From NCBI GenBank assembly GCA_965198115.1, contig OZ240241.1, positions 3,106,935 to 3,170,934 of the forward strand: DNA of 64,000 bases, read 5' to 3'. The notes below the pieces were generated by a model that worked only from the letters and a program-made list of their open reading frames with translations, searched no databases and was not told the origin of the DNA. The stretch comes from Candidatus Latescibacterota bacterium (GTDB taxonomy: Bacteria > Latescibacterota > UBA2968). A program made the translations under genes and the position numbers. Of the stretch, positions 36,863 through 44,968 are shown piece by piece (the first letter of the stretch is position 1; every line of letters begins with the position of its first letter).

Positions 36863-38872
36863 TCAACCCCCGTGGACGTAGTGGCCGCCATCTGGGAACC
36901 AGATCAGGTCTACGACGCACGCACACGCGACGGCGAAGACGAACCCGACGATCATGCCATAACAGCAGGGCTTCGCTTTTCGGTACAGCCCAATACCACC
37001 CAGACGTAGGATCATCACCTTCGCCAACCACACGATGAAAATGCCGACCGTGTTGACCCGAACGGGACTGTCGAACATCATCAGCAACCCGATCGGGTGC
37101 CACGGCCACCACGTCACACGCGCCTGAAGCAGAGTGGCCGCGCCCGCGGCACCCATGCCGACCAGCCACACAGCAATCTTCCCGGGGTCCGGCACGGTGC
37201 GTGGTCCGGCGATGACGGTTGCGATCCCGTTGTACATCCCCCGAGGCGCTCCCAGGAGCGACCAGGTGTTGAAGGTCGCGCCGCCTTCCTGATAGCACAG
37301 GTGAATCGTGTAGCCAGCTCCCGCGAGGAGACCTGTCAATGTCGCCATTGCGATGAATCGCGTCACCGTGTTTTTCCGCCCGATCATTCGCTCGACGTGC
37401 GGAAGGGCGGGAGGCAGTCGCCAGCCCGCAAGCAATCGCCATCTGGCAACGCCCGAACCGACGAGCGAGGCGTCGCTCAAGGCAATCGTGCCTGTCCACA
37501 TCGTGGGGATTTCGGTGACCCCGATCGGGTTCGGGCTCGTGGCCGTGGTCCCGAATTTGGGGAAGAGGTAGGCGAACCCGCTCGCCGACAAGAATTTCAT
37601 GACGAGGAAAATGCTCGCCCAGAACAACACGATCCAAACGGCGGCGAGCCAGAGCTCAAGACCGGCGGCGTAGAGCCAGAAAGTCATGAACGTGCCCCCG
37701 GCCGCGATAGCCAGGAGCGCACCCCGGGGCGTGAGGAAGACCGTGTGGCCGGGCTCTCCTTCACGCGCTTGACGCCAGATGCGGCGGAGATGTCCGCGCG
37801 CCGTCCAGAACGACCAGATGACCAGCCCGATCATCACCCCGTGAATGAAGAGACCCGTGATCTCGGTGGGGTTGGCCTCCTGTCCCGCGAGGCCGACGGA
37901 GAAGCCGACCCGCCCCATCGCGTATTGAGCCACCAGGCCGACCAGGTACAGCGACCAGATGCTGAACAGGATGTTCACATCGCAAAGGAACGTGAACCCC
38001 ATCACCGTAGGGAGCAGACGATACGAGAATTCGCGCACATAGCGTGAAATGATGATGGCGCGCATCCCGAACCGACTGTGGAAGGGATCGAAGATCGCGA
38101 TGCGTGGAAACGCGGTGACGAAATACTCGATGATATTCCACATCAGGGGGAATGCGGCGATCGAGAACCCGAGCCAGAAGATTCGGTTCTTCAGGAAGGG
38201 TGGCCAGCCGCGCTCACGGTCGAATCCGGCGGTCAACGCAATCGGTACTTCGGCAAGCGGGTAGGTGAGCCGCTCGTGATCCGCCCAGTGACGTTGGAAG
38301 ATAGCGGTGACGCCGACCCCGATGCTCATCATCGCCAGCCCGGATGTGCACGCCCAGAAAATCGGCGTGATCCACGCAGGCCACAGGAAGCCAGGATCGT
38401 TGGTTCCGAGATAAAAATGTTCCTCGACCCCGGGCAGATTGGTCGGGTACATCCACCACGGGAGATGATCGAAGAAGAGCTCAGCCCAGCGGTTTTCCGG
38501 AGACGCGTAGTAGCGAGGCGCGACCATCGTGCCGACCCACTGCGTCGCCCAGTTGTAGCCGGCGAAAGAGCCGCCCACCCACAGGACGGAGAGCAGTGTG
38601 CGGAGCTCAGAACTCGTGAGGGAAGCGGATGGAAGAAACCGCTTGAGAAGGACGTTGATACCCAGCCCGACGACGAAGGGAATCAGGACCACCAGCGGAA
38701 GGTTGGACATCGCCAGGTGGGCCGAGCGCGTCTTGAATTCAAGGTAGGTGGCGAGGACGCACGATCCGACCAGCGCGGCGAAGGCCAGGAGCACCACCGG
38801 CGAACGCACGCGATCGCGAGCACCCGGATCAACCTGCTCCTGTTGATCGGCGATGTCGGTAGCGAGACTCAA
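36863..38872 (-). CDS. Large polytopic membrane protein (669 aa), unknown family (possibly DUF6785/DUF6784-like)
   Basis: More than 12 hydrophobic segments rich in W/F/Y. No transporter signature that I recognise. The family assignment is from memory only. Confidence 0.6.
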   Translation of the reverse strand: MSLATDIADQQEQVDPGARDRVRSPVVLLAFAALVGSCVLATYLEFKTRSAHLAMSNLPLVVLIPFVVGLGINVLLKRFLPSASLTSSELRTLLSVLWVGGSFAGYNWATQWVGTMVAPRYYASPENRWAELFFDHLPWWMYPTNLPGVEEHFYLGTNDPGFLWPAWITPIFWACTSGLAMMSIGVGVTAIFQRHWADHERLTYPLAEVPIALTAGFDRERGWPPFLKNRIFWLGFSIAAFPLMWNIIEYFVTAFPRIAIFDPFHSRFGMRAIIISRYVREFSYRLLPTVMGFTFLCDVNILFSIWSLYLVGLVAQYAMGRVGFSVGLAGQEANPTEITGLFIHGVMIGLVIWSFWTARGHLRRIWRQAREGEPGHTVFLTPRGALLAIAAGGTFMTFWLYAAGLELWLAAVWIVLFWASIFLVMKFLSASGFAYLFPKFGTTATSPNPIGVTEIPTMWTGTIALSDASLVGSGVARWRLLAGWRLPPALPHVERMIGRKNTVTRFIAMATLTGLLAGAGYTIHLCYQEGGATFNTWSLLGAPRGMYNGIATVIAGPRTVPDPGKIAVWLVGMGAAGAATLLQARVTWWPWHPIGLLMMFDSPVRVNTVGIFIVWLAKVMILRLGGIGLYRKAKPCCYGMIVGFVFAVACACVVDLIWFPDGGHYVHGG

Positions 38873-39022
38873 GACGGGCGTTTCTCGGGATTTCGACCGG
38901 GATGCTAACCGGCGTTGGCGGTCGGGCCACGCCGCCTTTTCTGACTTCTGACGCCTGCCCGCCGGAGCCGCACCGCGGCGAAGGTGGGACTGACGCCTGA
39001 GAACTGCGGCCGCTAGGCCGCC

Positions 39023-39958
39023 CTACCCCTGGACGAATGTATCCGAATGCGTCTTCAGTGAGGGGAGCCAATCAAGATCAGGCCGGACGACCCCGCCTTC
39101 ATCGACTTCCAGGTAGGGCCCATCGGTTTTAGGCTGTGAGGAGGGACCGTACATGACGGCACGCTGTTCCGGCGTCATGCCCTCGAGGATCTCGGCGTCC
39201 CATTGCTGCTCTGGGTCGACATCATGGATCGCGGATCCCCGCCGAGCGGCGGTGCGGCACGCATACTTGAAGAGAACCGTCCTCCGCGGATGTGCGGCCT
39301 TCCAGGGTCGGGCGCCGTGGGTCTGCGCCCCATCCATGAAGAACAGGGCGTCTCCTGCTTTGACTTCGGGCGTTTCGACGCATCCCATCTCATCTTCCAT
39401 CGTGCGAACGCCGGGCGGGATGGGATAACGGGACTTGTGGCTCCCGGGTACACAGGTGAACCCGCCATCGTCGGGTCCCGCGTCGGCCAGGAGGTAAGCG
39501 ACTGTGACACCCCCCGCGAAGAAGGTTCCGTTCCGCGCATCATAGGAGACGTAGGGTTTATGGGGTTCGCCAGCTCCGTGCAGCATGTGGATCGGTGTCC
39601 CGACAATACCTCCGATGAACACGGGGCCGCTGTCGAGGCGAAACCCGGCGCCGCACATCTCGCGCAGCCGTCCCACGATTTCCCGATGGATGAGCATCTT
39701 CCGAAACGGCTCGCAGTGGGGTGGCTCGAGCATCAGCAGCCATGGCGCATTGGCGTGCGTACGGACGAAATGGCCATCGAGCCAGGCCGCGTTGGCGGTT
39801 TGGCGGAGGAAATCCGAGTAGGCATCCTTGCCGTTCGCCATCCGATCATCAGCGTGGTCCAGGGCTTCATTCGCTGCGGCGACTTCGTCGGGCGTCAGGA
39901 CACCCGGTAGGACGAGATGGCCTACGAGGTCCCAATAGTAGCGTTCTTTGTCAGTCAT
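39023..39958 (-). CDS. Phytanoyl-CoA dioxygenase (PhyH)-family Fe(II)/2-oxoglutarate oxygenase
   Basis: The ATG at 39958 gives MTDKERYYWDLVGHLVLPGVL..., with HMLHGAGE and a later HGARPW consistent with an HxD/E...H facial triad and a PhyH-like N-terminus. The upstream 72 codons of the track ORF are rejected. Confidence 0.65.
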   Translation of the reverse strand: MTDKERYYWDLVGHLVLPGVLTPDEVAAANEALDHADDRMANGKDAYSDFLRQTANAAWLDGHFVRTHANAPWLLMLEPPHCEPFRKMLIHREIVGRLREMCGAGFRLDSGPVFIGGIVGTPIHMLHGAGEPHKPYVSYDARNGTFFAGGVTVAYLLADAGPDDGGFTCVPGSHKSRYPIPPGVRTMEDEMGCVETPEVKAGDALFFMDGAQTHGARPWKAAHPRRTVLFKYACRTAARRGSAIHDVDPEQQWDAEILEGMTPEQRAVMYGPSSQPKTDGPYLEVDEGGVVRPDLDWLPSLKTHSDTFVQG

Positions 39959-40117
39959 GGTGTCCTCGTAGTAGCAGGTCGGCACATTCCCCAGATCCGT
40001 TTGGAAATTTGCCTCGTTTTTGCCACCCCAACCTCCAGTGGTTAGACGAACAAGATGCGACGGCGAGGAACGGCGGGCAAGAGATGCTGATGGAGGGGAT
40101 AAGGCAGAACAGGAAAG

Positions 40118-40149
40118 CCCCGCCGATCTGATAACCGGCGGGGTCTTTT
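40118..40149. terminator. Rho-independent-type hairpin (possibly bidirectional)
   Basis: CCCCGCCG (40118-40125) pairs with CGGCGGGG (40136-40143), followed by TCTTTTC on the plus strand and CTTTCCTGTTCT on the minus strand. Confidence 0.55.
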
Positions 40150-40510
40150 CTGACCGTTCGGGCCATTCACACACTTCCTACGTCAGGCCACCGATTGCAC
40201 GCCCGACAGGTAGTTGGGCCAAACGATCTCGGTCACACGCCTCACGCTGCAGTCGGGGACCAGAACCAGTTCGATGCGAACGATCGGAAGGGTGCTTTTC
40301 AAGCGACTCCCCTCGGGGAGTCGAACCCCCGTAAGTCTGGACGGCCGTAGCCTGCGCCCCTCAGCAAGTCCCACGCGACAGCTGCCAGACCGCGGCTTTC
40401 TGCTTCCCAGGCGGTAACTTGACAAGATCTCTCAACCTGCGCTCCGATAGCCGCTTTAGCGCAGGGTCACTGTCCCTTAGTACTCCTGTTCGCAAATACG
40501 GTGACGTATT

Positions 40511-41098
40511 CTAAGCAGACTTTGCCAAGGGCGTATCGTAGAACCTGAGTTTGTCGATCATCTCCGCGAGATCTGTTCGTGTGAACTTCCATTTGAAGGG
40601 TGTGGCGATACGTCCGTAGCGTTCCTGAAAACCGAGGATTCTTGCCTCAAGCTCTTCGAGCGATGCAAATTCGATAGGTGTCAGAGCCTTGCGTTTGAGG
40701 ATCGAGAAGTAGATCTCGATCTGATTGAGCCAGCTTGCGTGGATCGGAAGGTGAACGGGGTGGATGTTTGGCCACTTCCCCTGGATACGGTCGATGCATG
40801 TTTGCCCTCGGTGCGAGGAGCCATTATCCACGATGAGGTAGACTTTCTTTGCCGAGCAATAGGGTTTCCGGCTCATGATCAGGCTCAGGAGCCGGTTGAA
40901 GGGCTCGATACCCGAAGAAGACTCACAGAGACCGAAGATTCGACCATTGTGCACGTCGAGAGCAGCCAGATAGGCCAGGGCTCCTTTCCGCTCGTATTCG
41001 TGTTTCAACGCGTGCCGCTCTGTTCGAGGCTGGCGGTAGGGTAACGTGCTTGCGAGCTCGTGCTTGAATACTGGTCTTTTCGTCGGCAGAAAGTACAT
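40511..41098 (-). pseudogene. IS630-family transposase, DDE_3 catalytic part
   Basis: LIVDNGSSH...HASWLNQIEIYFS DDE-type motifs. The upstream VLSADEKTSIQARARKH block lies in a different frame, indicating an internal frameshift. Confidence 0.7.
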
Positions 41099-41114
41099 AT
41101 TCCCTCGGCCCTAA

Positions 41115-42405
41115 GGGTTCGCGAATAAATAAACGGTCGATCTCAATGTTGAGCCATTGGCCGGATCGTGTAGTTCCAGTCGCCGTGGAAATCGTGCGGA
41201 GTGAGATCGATTTGGGTCATCTGTTCATCGGTCACCTTGACCCCGTTAGGGTAGGGTCGCTTGTCGATCTCGGAGCGTACTCGGAGACCGGCTTGAGTGG
41301 TCGTTCCGGCAATGAGATTCACGGTTGCAGCCAGGCTGACCAGGGGCTTGCCTCGCCAGTTCATAGCGATGAAGGAGAACAGGCGATGTTCGATCTTGTT
41401 CCACTTACTAGTGCCAGGAGGGTAGTGGCATACGGTGATCGTCAGGCCAGTGCGATTCGCAAAGCGCTGCAGCTCCCACTTCCACAGCCGCGTCTTGGCG
41501 CCGTTGCTGCCGCCTGCGTCCGCCGTGATTAGCAGATGCGTCGAAGTGCCGTAGGCGGGCCGTCCCATGTTCTTCCACCAACTTCGGATCGCATTCACGG
41601 CGAAGCTGGCCGTGTCGTGATCGATACCGACACTTACCCAGCCTTCATCACGGCTCAGATCATACACTCCATAAGGGATCGCCTTGCCCTGAGCAGGCAC
41701 TATGAAATCGTGTACCTTCACACGCTCCGGGTCTCCCTTGGGTCGCCATTCTCGGCCAGGATTCTTGAAGTCGCCGATCAACTCTTTCTTCTTGGTGTCC
41801 ACCGAGATAACGGGAAGGCCCTGCTGCTGCTGCTGGCTAATCCGATCATCGAGGTAAACGAACTGAGCGTCCCGATCCGGGTGTGCAGATCCCTCCCTTG
41901 TCTTCCGATTCGCCTGCAGCGTGTAATCGTGTTCGTGCAGGAGATTGGCAACGATCCTGGGGCTCACCGAATGCCCCATCGCTTGCAACTCGGCGGCCAG
42001 TTTGCGAGTGCTCTTCGATGTCCATCTCAGAGGATTGTCGTCAGGCGACCCCGCAGTCGTTGGCTCGACCAGATCATTCAGGTCCTGCCACAGCGTCGGG
42101 TCCGTGTCGGCCTTCCGCTTACGACCGCCGCCTGGACGCCGGATGCGAGCCGGGTCCAAAGGTTCGTCCGACCTCAACTCCTGAATGCCACGAAAGATCC
42201 GCTCTCTGGACATTCCTGTCGCCAGAGCCACAATCGCGATCCCACCGTGACCCAACGCTTCGGCTTCCGTGGCGGCCCACAGACGACGCGTGCGTTCCGT
42301 CAGCACCGGAGCCAAGGCTTCATACTTCGTTCGGAGAGTTTCGACGTCCACACTCCGAGCGTAAGATCATTACCTTGAAAAGTGCAGCACTTATTTCGTG
42401 GCAAA
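41115..42405 (-). mobile_element. ISAzo13-family element nested inside the IS630-like transposase gene (1291 bp)
   Basis: Ends GGGTTCGCGAATAAATAA / TTTGCCACGAAATAAGTG (imperfect IRs). Flanked by CCCTAA at 41109-41114 and 42406-42411. Removing the element restores GKPLG-PREYVLSADEK. Confidence 0.75.
41143..42351 (-). CDS. ISAzo13-family (Rhodopirellula-type DDE) transposase
   Basis: 402 aa with ISVDTKKKELIG, ITADAGGSNG, and HYPPGTSKWNKIEHRLFS, which is characteristic of DDE_Tnp_ISAZ013. Confidence 0.9.
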   Translation of the reverse strand: MDVETLRTKYEALAPVLTERTRRLWAATEAEALGHGGIAIVALATGMSRERIFRGIQELRSDEPLDPARIRRPGGGRKRKADTDPTLWQDLNDLVEPTTAGSPDDNPLRWTSKSTRKLAAELQAMGHSVSPRIVANLLHEHDYTLQANRKTREGSAHPDRDAQFVYLDDRISQQQQQGLPVISVDTKKKELIGDFKNPGREWRPKGDPERVKVHDFIVPAQGKAIPYGVYDLSRDEGWVSVGIDHDTASFAVNAIRSWWKNMGRPAYGTSTHLLITADAGGSNGAKTRLWKWELQRFANRTGLTITVCHYPPGTSKWNKIEHRLFSFIAMNWRGKPLVSLAATVNLIAGTTTQAGLRVRSEIDKRPYPNGVKVTDEQMTQIDLTPHDFHGDWNYTIRPMAQH

Positions 42406-42985
42406 CCCTAAAGGCTTTCCTTGCCATTGGCGGTGATACAGATCAAGGACTCTACCTGCTTTGGTTTGGAAGTCCGGGTCCCGTGGGAAAATCCAGGAGC
42501 GATGATACCAAGGACGAATCGCGTCCTCGTTCAACCAGCGCCAGACAGTGGCGCCGCTGATCTTGGCAACGAAGCCCCTTTGCACTGCCTCGGCGGCAAT
42601 CTCGGAACAGCTGAACCGCGAGAGCGGTATCCCGCTCTCGCTCGGTAGTTCACACGCCAGCGCCTTGATCTGAACGACCACCTGAGGGGGGAAAACCGGG
42701 CGGGCGCCCGGGACGAGATCTATCTTCGAGTCCCGAAAGACGCTCTTCGAAAAAGCGCTTACGCCATTTGCTTACGATCGGACGCGGGACATCCAACCGT
42801 TGGGCGATAATCTTGTTGGATAATCCCTCGGCGGCGAGAAGCACGATTTTCGATCGGATCACTTGATAATACGATAACGTATATTGTCCAGCCATTCGCT
42901 CGAGGTCGACCCGTTCCTTCTCAGACAGTAGCACCACATAAGGCGAACGTCTTGGCATTGTTCTCCTCCTTTTGAAGGAGAACAT
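42391..42985 (-). pseudogene. IS630-family transposase, N-terminal HTH and winged-helix parts (two overlapping frames)
   Basis: The frame switches within the run GGTTTTCCCCCCTCAGG (42672-42690, minus strand): ...RPGRPP in one frame and VFPPQVVVQIKALACELP in the other. Confidence 0.65.
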
Positions 42986-42988
42986 AAG

Positions 42989-43336
42989 CTACAAATAATG
43001 TTCAGAACATACGTAATAATGTTTATGAAACCATGCACTTAGTCCACACACGAAGGCTTCAACATCGGTGTCCAATCTCAATAGGGCGAGCAATTGTGTG
43101 ATCCTGGCGCGGGAGACGCCTTCGCGTCTGGAAAGCTCCGCCTTGCTTGCTACCTTGCCCTCATCCAAGAGAAGCTGATATGCCCTGGCCTTCTTGAGAT
43201 GGTTCGGATAAGATGGCAGTGATGCGTCGGGAGGCAGTCCGATGAGGATGACTGGCGCCCTTTTTCTTTCCTGATGTATGGGACAGGTGTCCCGAACAAT
43301 ACGTTTTTCAGCGAGAGTAGCAGTTGGGGAAACCAA
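42989..43336 (-). CDS. Small HTH protein (ParB/KorB-like HTH segment); 3' end at the IS630 junction
   Basis: ARAYQLLLDEGKVASKAELSRREGVSRARITQLLALLRL looks like a helix-turn-helix. The last residues are contributed by the IS end. Non-ATG start. Confidence 0.45.
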   Translation of the reverse strand: MVSPTATLAEKRIVRDTCPIHQERKRAPVILIGLPPDASLPSYPNHLKKARAYQLLLDEGKVASKAELSRREGVSRARITQLLALLRLDTDVEAFVCGLSAWFHKHYYVCSEHYL

Positions 43337-43341
43337 TTGAC

Positions 43342-43375
43342 AAGGGGCCAGACGCTAGTCTGAGCCCCTTTTTTA
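43342..43375 (+). terminator. Strong hairpin plus T5 tract with no plus-strand gene upstream
   Basis: AAGGGGCCAGAC-GCTA-GTCTGAGCCCCTT followed by TTTTTA. Confidence 0.45.
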
Positions 43376-43448
43376 CGTAAGAGAGTGCGCGAAGCAGGTC
43401 AAGGTCCATAGAAGCAATGTCTTCGCTGCCCAGAGCGTCGCTAACACC

Positions 43449-44405
43449 GTGCGTGAGCGGATGCAGCACTTAAGCGGAGCTGTCGTCCTTGCCTCTAAGA
43501 ATTCAGAACTCCGACGTCTCTTGGAGATCTACAAAAGATCAGGTTGGGAGGAATCCGACCGGCAGGTTATGCAGAATCTTCTGCATAGCGTTCAGAGTGA
43601 CTACGACTCGGACAGCGGCTTCATGTGGTCAAAGGAGAACCCGTTTGTGACCTGGTTCGTCCTGGACACCACAGGCACCGTTCTGGCCCATTCTCAGCAG
43701 TCCGTTGTCGATTCGAATTTCGGGTGGCGCAACTACCTGGAGAGAGCTCTCGAAATGGGCCGTACTTCTCACGACCAATCTGCAGGAATCGGGCGCGTTT
43801 ACAAGGCCTACAAGACGGACGAGAAGCTCTACAAGTTCCCGGTTTTCACGCCGGTCCGATCTGGAACGGACCCTGGCACTCTACTCGGCGTCATAGTAGC
43901 CACGGTTACAACCGAATCGACCGTAGGCACACTTCTAAGAAGCGATGCCCAACTCAAAGCCGTGCTCGTTGGGAGAGGAGATCGAAGTCAGCCGCGGGAT
44001 GCGAAGGTTCCGCTTCCCTCGGAAAACCTCATTGTGGGGCACCCGGCCTTCCAGCGTGGAGACGAGGCAGTTCCCATCTCGCACCATATGCTCCACGACG
44101 TCAGCGAGCGGAGGCTGCAAGCTGACGAACTTGTGGACGACGACTATCGGGATCCCGTCTCGAGGGTCGACGATCCGCTCTATCGAGATTACGGCGGACG
44201 ATGGATGGCAGCATTTGCGCCGGTTGACAATGCCGAGTTCCTCGTCATTGTCCAGCAACGGTACGACCAGGCTGTCGCCCCGATGAAGACCCTGAACAGG
44301 GTCTGGGTCTTGTGGGGCGGAATCGCTCTTTTCACGCTCGTAGGTGGTTTCATTGTCTGGTATTCGATTCGACTCGGAATCAAACGCCGGTGGAGCGCAC
44401 TTTAA
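43449..44405 (+). CDS. Cache-like extracytoplasmic sensor domain protein with a C-terminal TM helix; probably a 5'-truncated fragment
   Basis: The frame is open from 43359 without an ATG. Double-PAS/Cache-like pattern (FVLDTTGTVLAHS...YKFPVFTPV...WMAAFAPV) ends in VWVLWGGIALFTLVGGFIVWYSI. Confidence 0.5.
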   Translation: MRERMQHLSGAVVLASKNSELRRLLEIYKRSGWEESDRQVMQNLLHSVQSDYDSDSGFMWSKENPFVTWFVLDTTGTVLAHSQQSVVDSNFGWRNYLERALEMGRTSHDQSAGIGRVYKAYKTDEKLYKFPVFTPVRSGTDPGTLLGVIVATVTTESTVGTLLRSDAQLKAVLVGRGDRSQPRDAKVPLPSENLIVGHPAFQRGDEAVPISHHMLHDVSERRLQADELVDDDYRDPVSRVDDPLYRDYGGRWMAAFAPVDNAEFLVIVQQRYDQAVAPMKTLNRVWVLWGGIALFTLVGGFIVWYSIRLGIKRRWSAL

Positions 44406-44531
44406 CTCACCATTCGAGAAAATTAGAAGTTAGGTGAGGTGTAACGAGGGCTACCCGGAGCTGCACGGGGCACTCAGATCGTCAGGTCCAGACTCCCTCC
44501 CATAGCTCCTTCCTTCGAACGAGATAGACTG

Positions 44532-44968
44532 ATGGCCATGGACTTCCACTCTGCTAACAGCAGGCACGTCTATGCAGATCGACACGCCCACACTTCATGG
44601 GCCGATCATTTGTCTCGCTGCGTTGATTTCAGGGGCAAGCAGGTTGTTGACATCGGTTGTGGGGGTGGGATCTATTCCCGTGCCCTAGCAGACTTGGGAG
44701 CTGCTCACGTTTTTGGTATCGATTCATCGGATGCGATCTTGCAAGGGGCCGTGGACACATCCGGTGGTTATCCGCAGATTTCCTTTTCAAGAGGTGACGC
44801 CTGCGCGACGGGACTCCAGGCAGAGACCTGCGACATCGTCGTGGAAAGAGCTCTGCTACATCACTTGAATTCCTTGCCCGCAAATTTCGTGGAGGTGTTC
44901 CGAATCCTGCGCCCTGGAGGAAGCTGCATCATTCAGGAGAGAACGATGGAAGATGTTCTCCTGCCCCC
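44532..44968 (+). pseudogene. Class I SAM-dependent methyltransferase, 5' part (cut by IS256-like copy 3)
   Basis: VVDIGCGGGIYSRAL (motif I) and RILRPGGSCII (post-II region). Confidence 0.75.

Larger units (their letters stand above)
40480..43013 (-). mobile_element. IS630-family element, degenerate, interrupted by a nested ISAzo13-like element; ends approximate
   Basis: The HTH (42650..42985), wHTH (42391..42681) and DDE (40511..41098) parts of an IS630-type transposase are co-linear on the minus strand. The element is flanked by TA-containing junctions near 40479 and 43013. Confidence 0.6.

Noticed and set aside
40290-40345. tRNA or tmRNA gene suggested by GGGGGTTCGACTCCCC on the minus strand
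   Set aside because: No matching acceptor stem (the required CTCCCCT is absent upstream), no anticodon or D arm, no CCA or tag-peptide frame. The motif pairs with the adjacent GAGGGGAGTCG as a simple hairpin. It is kept only as an unassigned structured region in the findings.
42672-42690. Programmed ribosomal frameshift in the IS630-like transposase at the T4C6 run
   Set aside because: Possible in principle. However, this copy has a second frame break and a nested IS, so simple decay in a homopolymer is the more economical explanation. Intact paralogs would be needed to decide.
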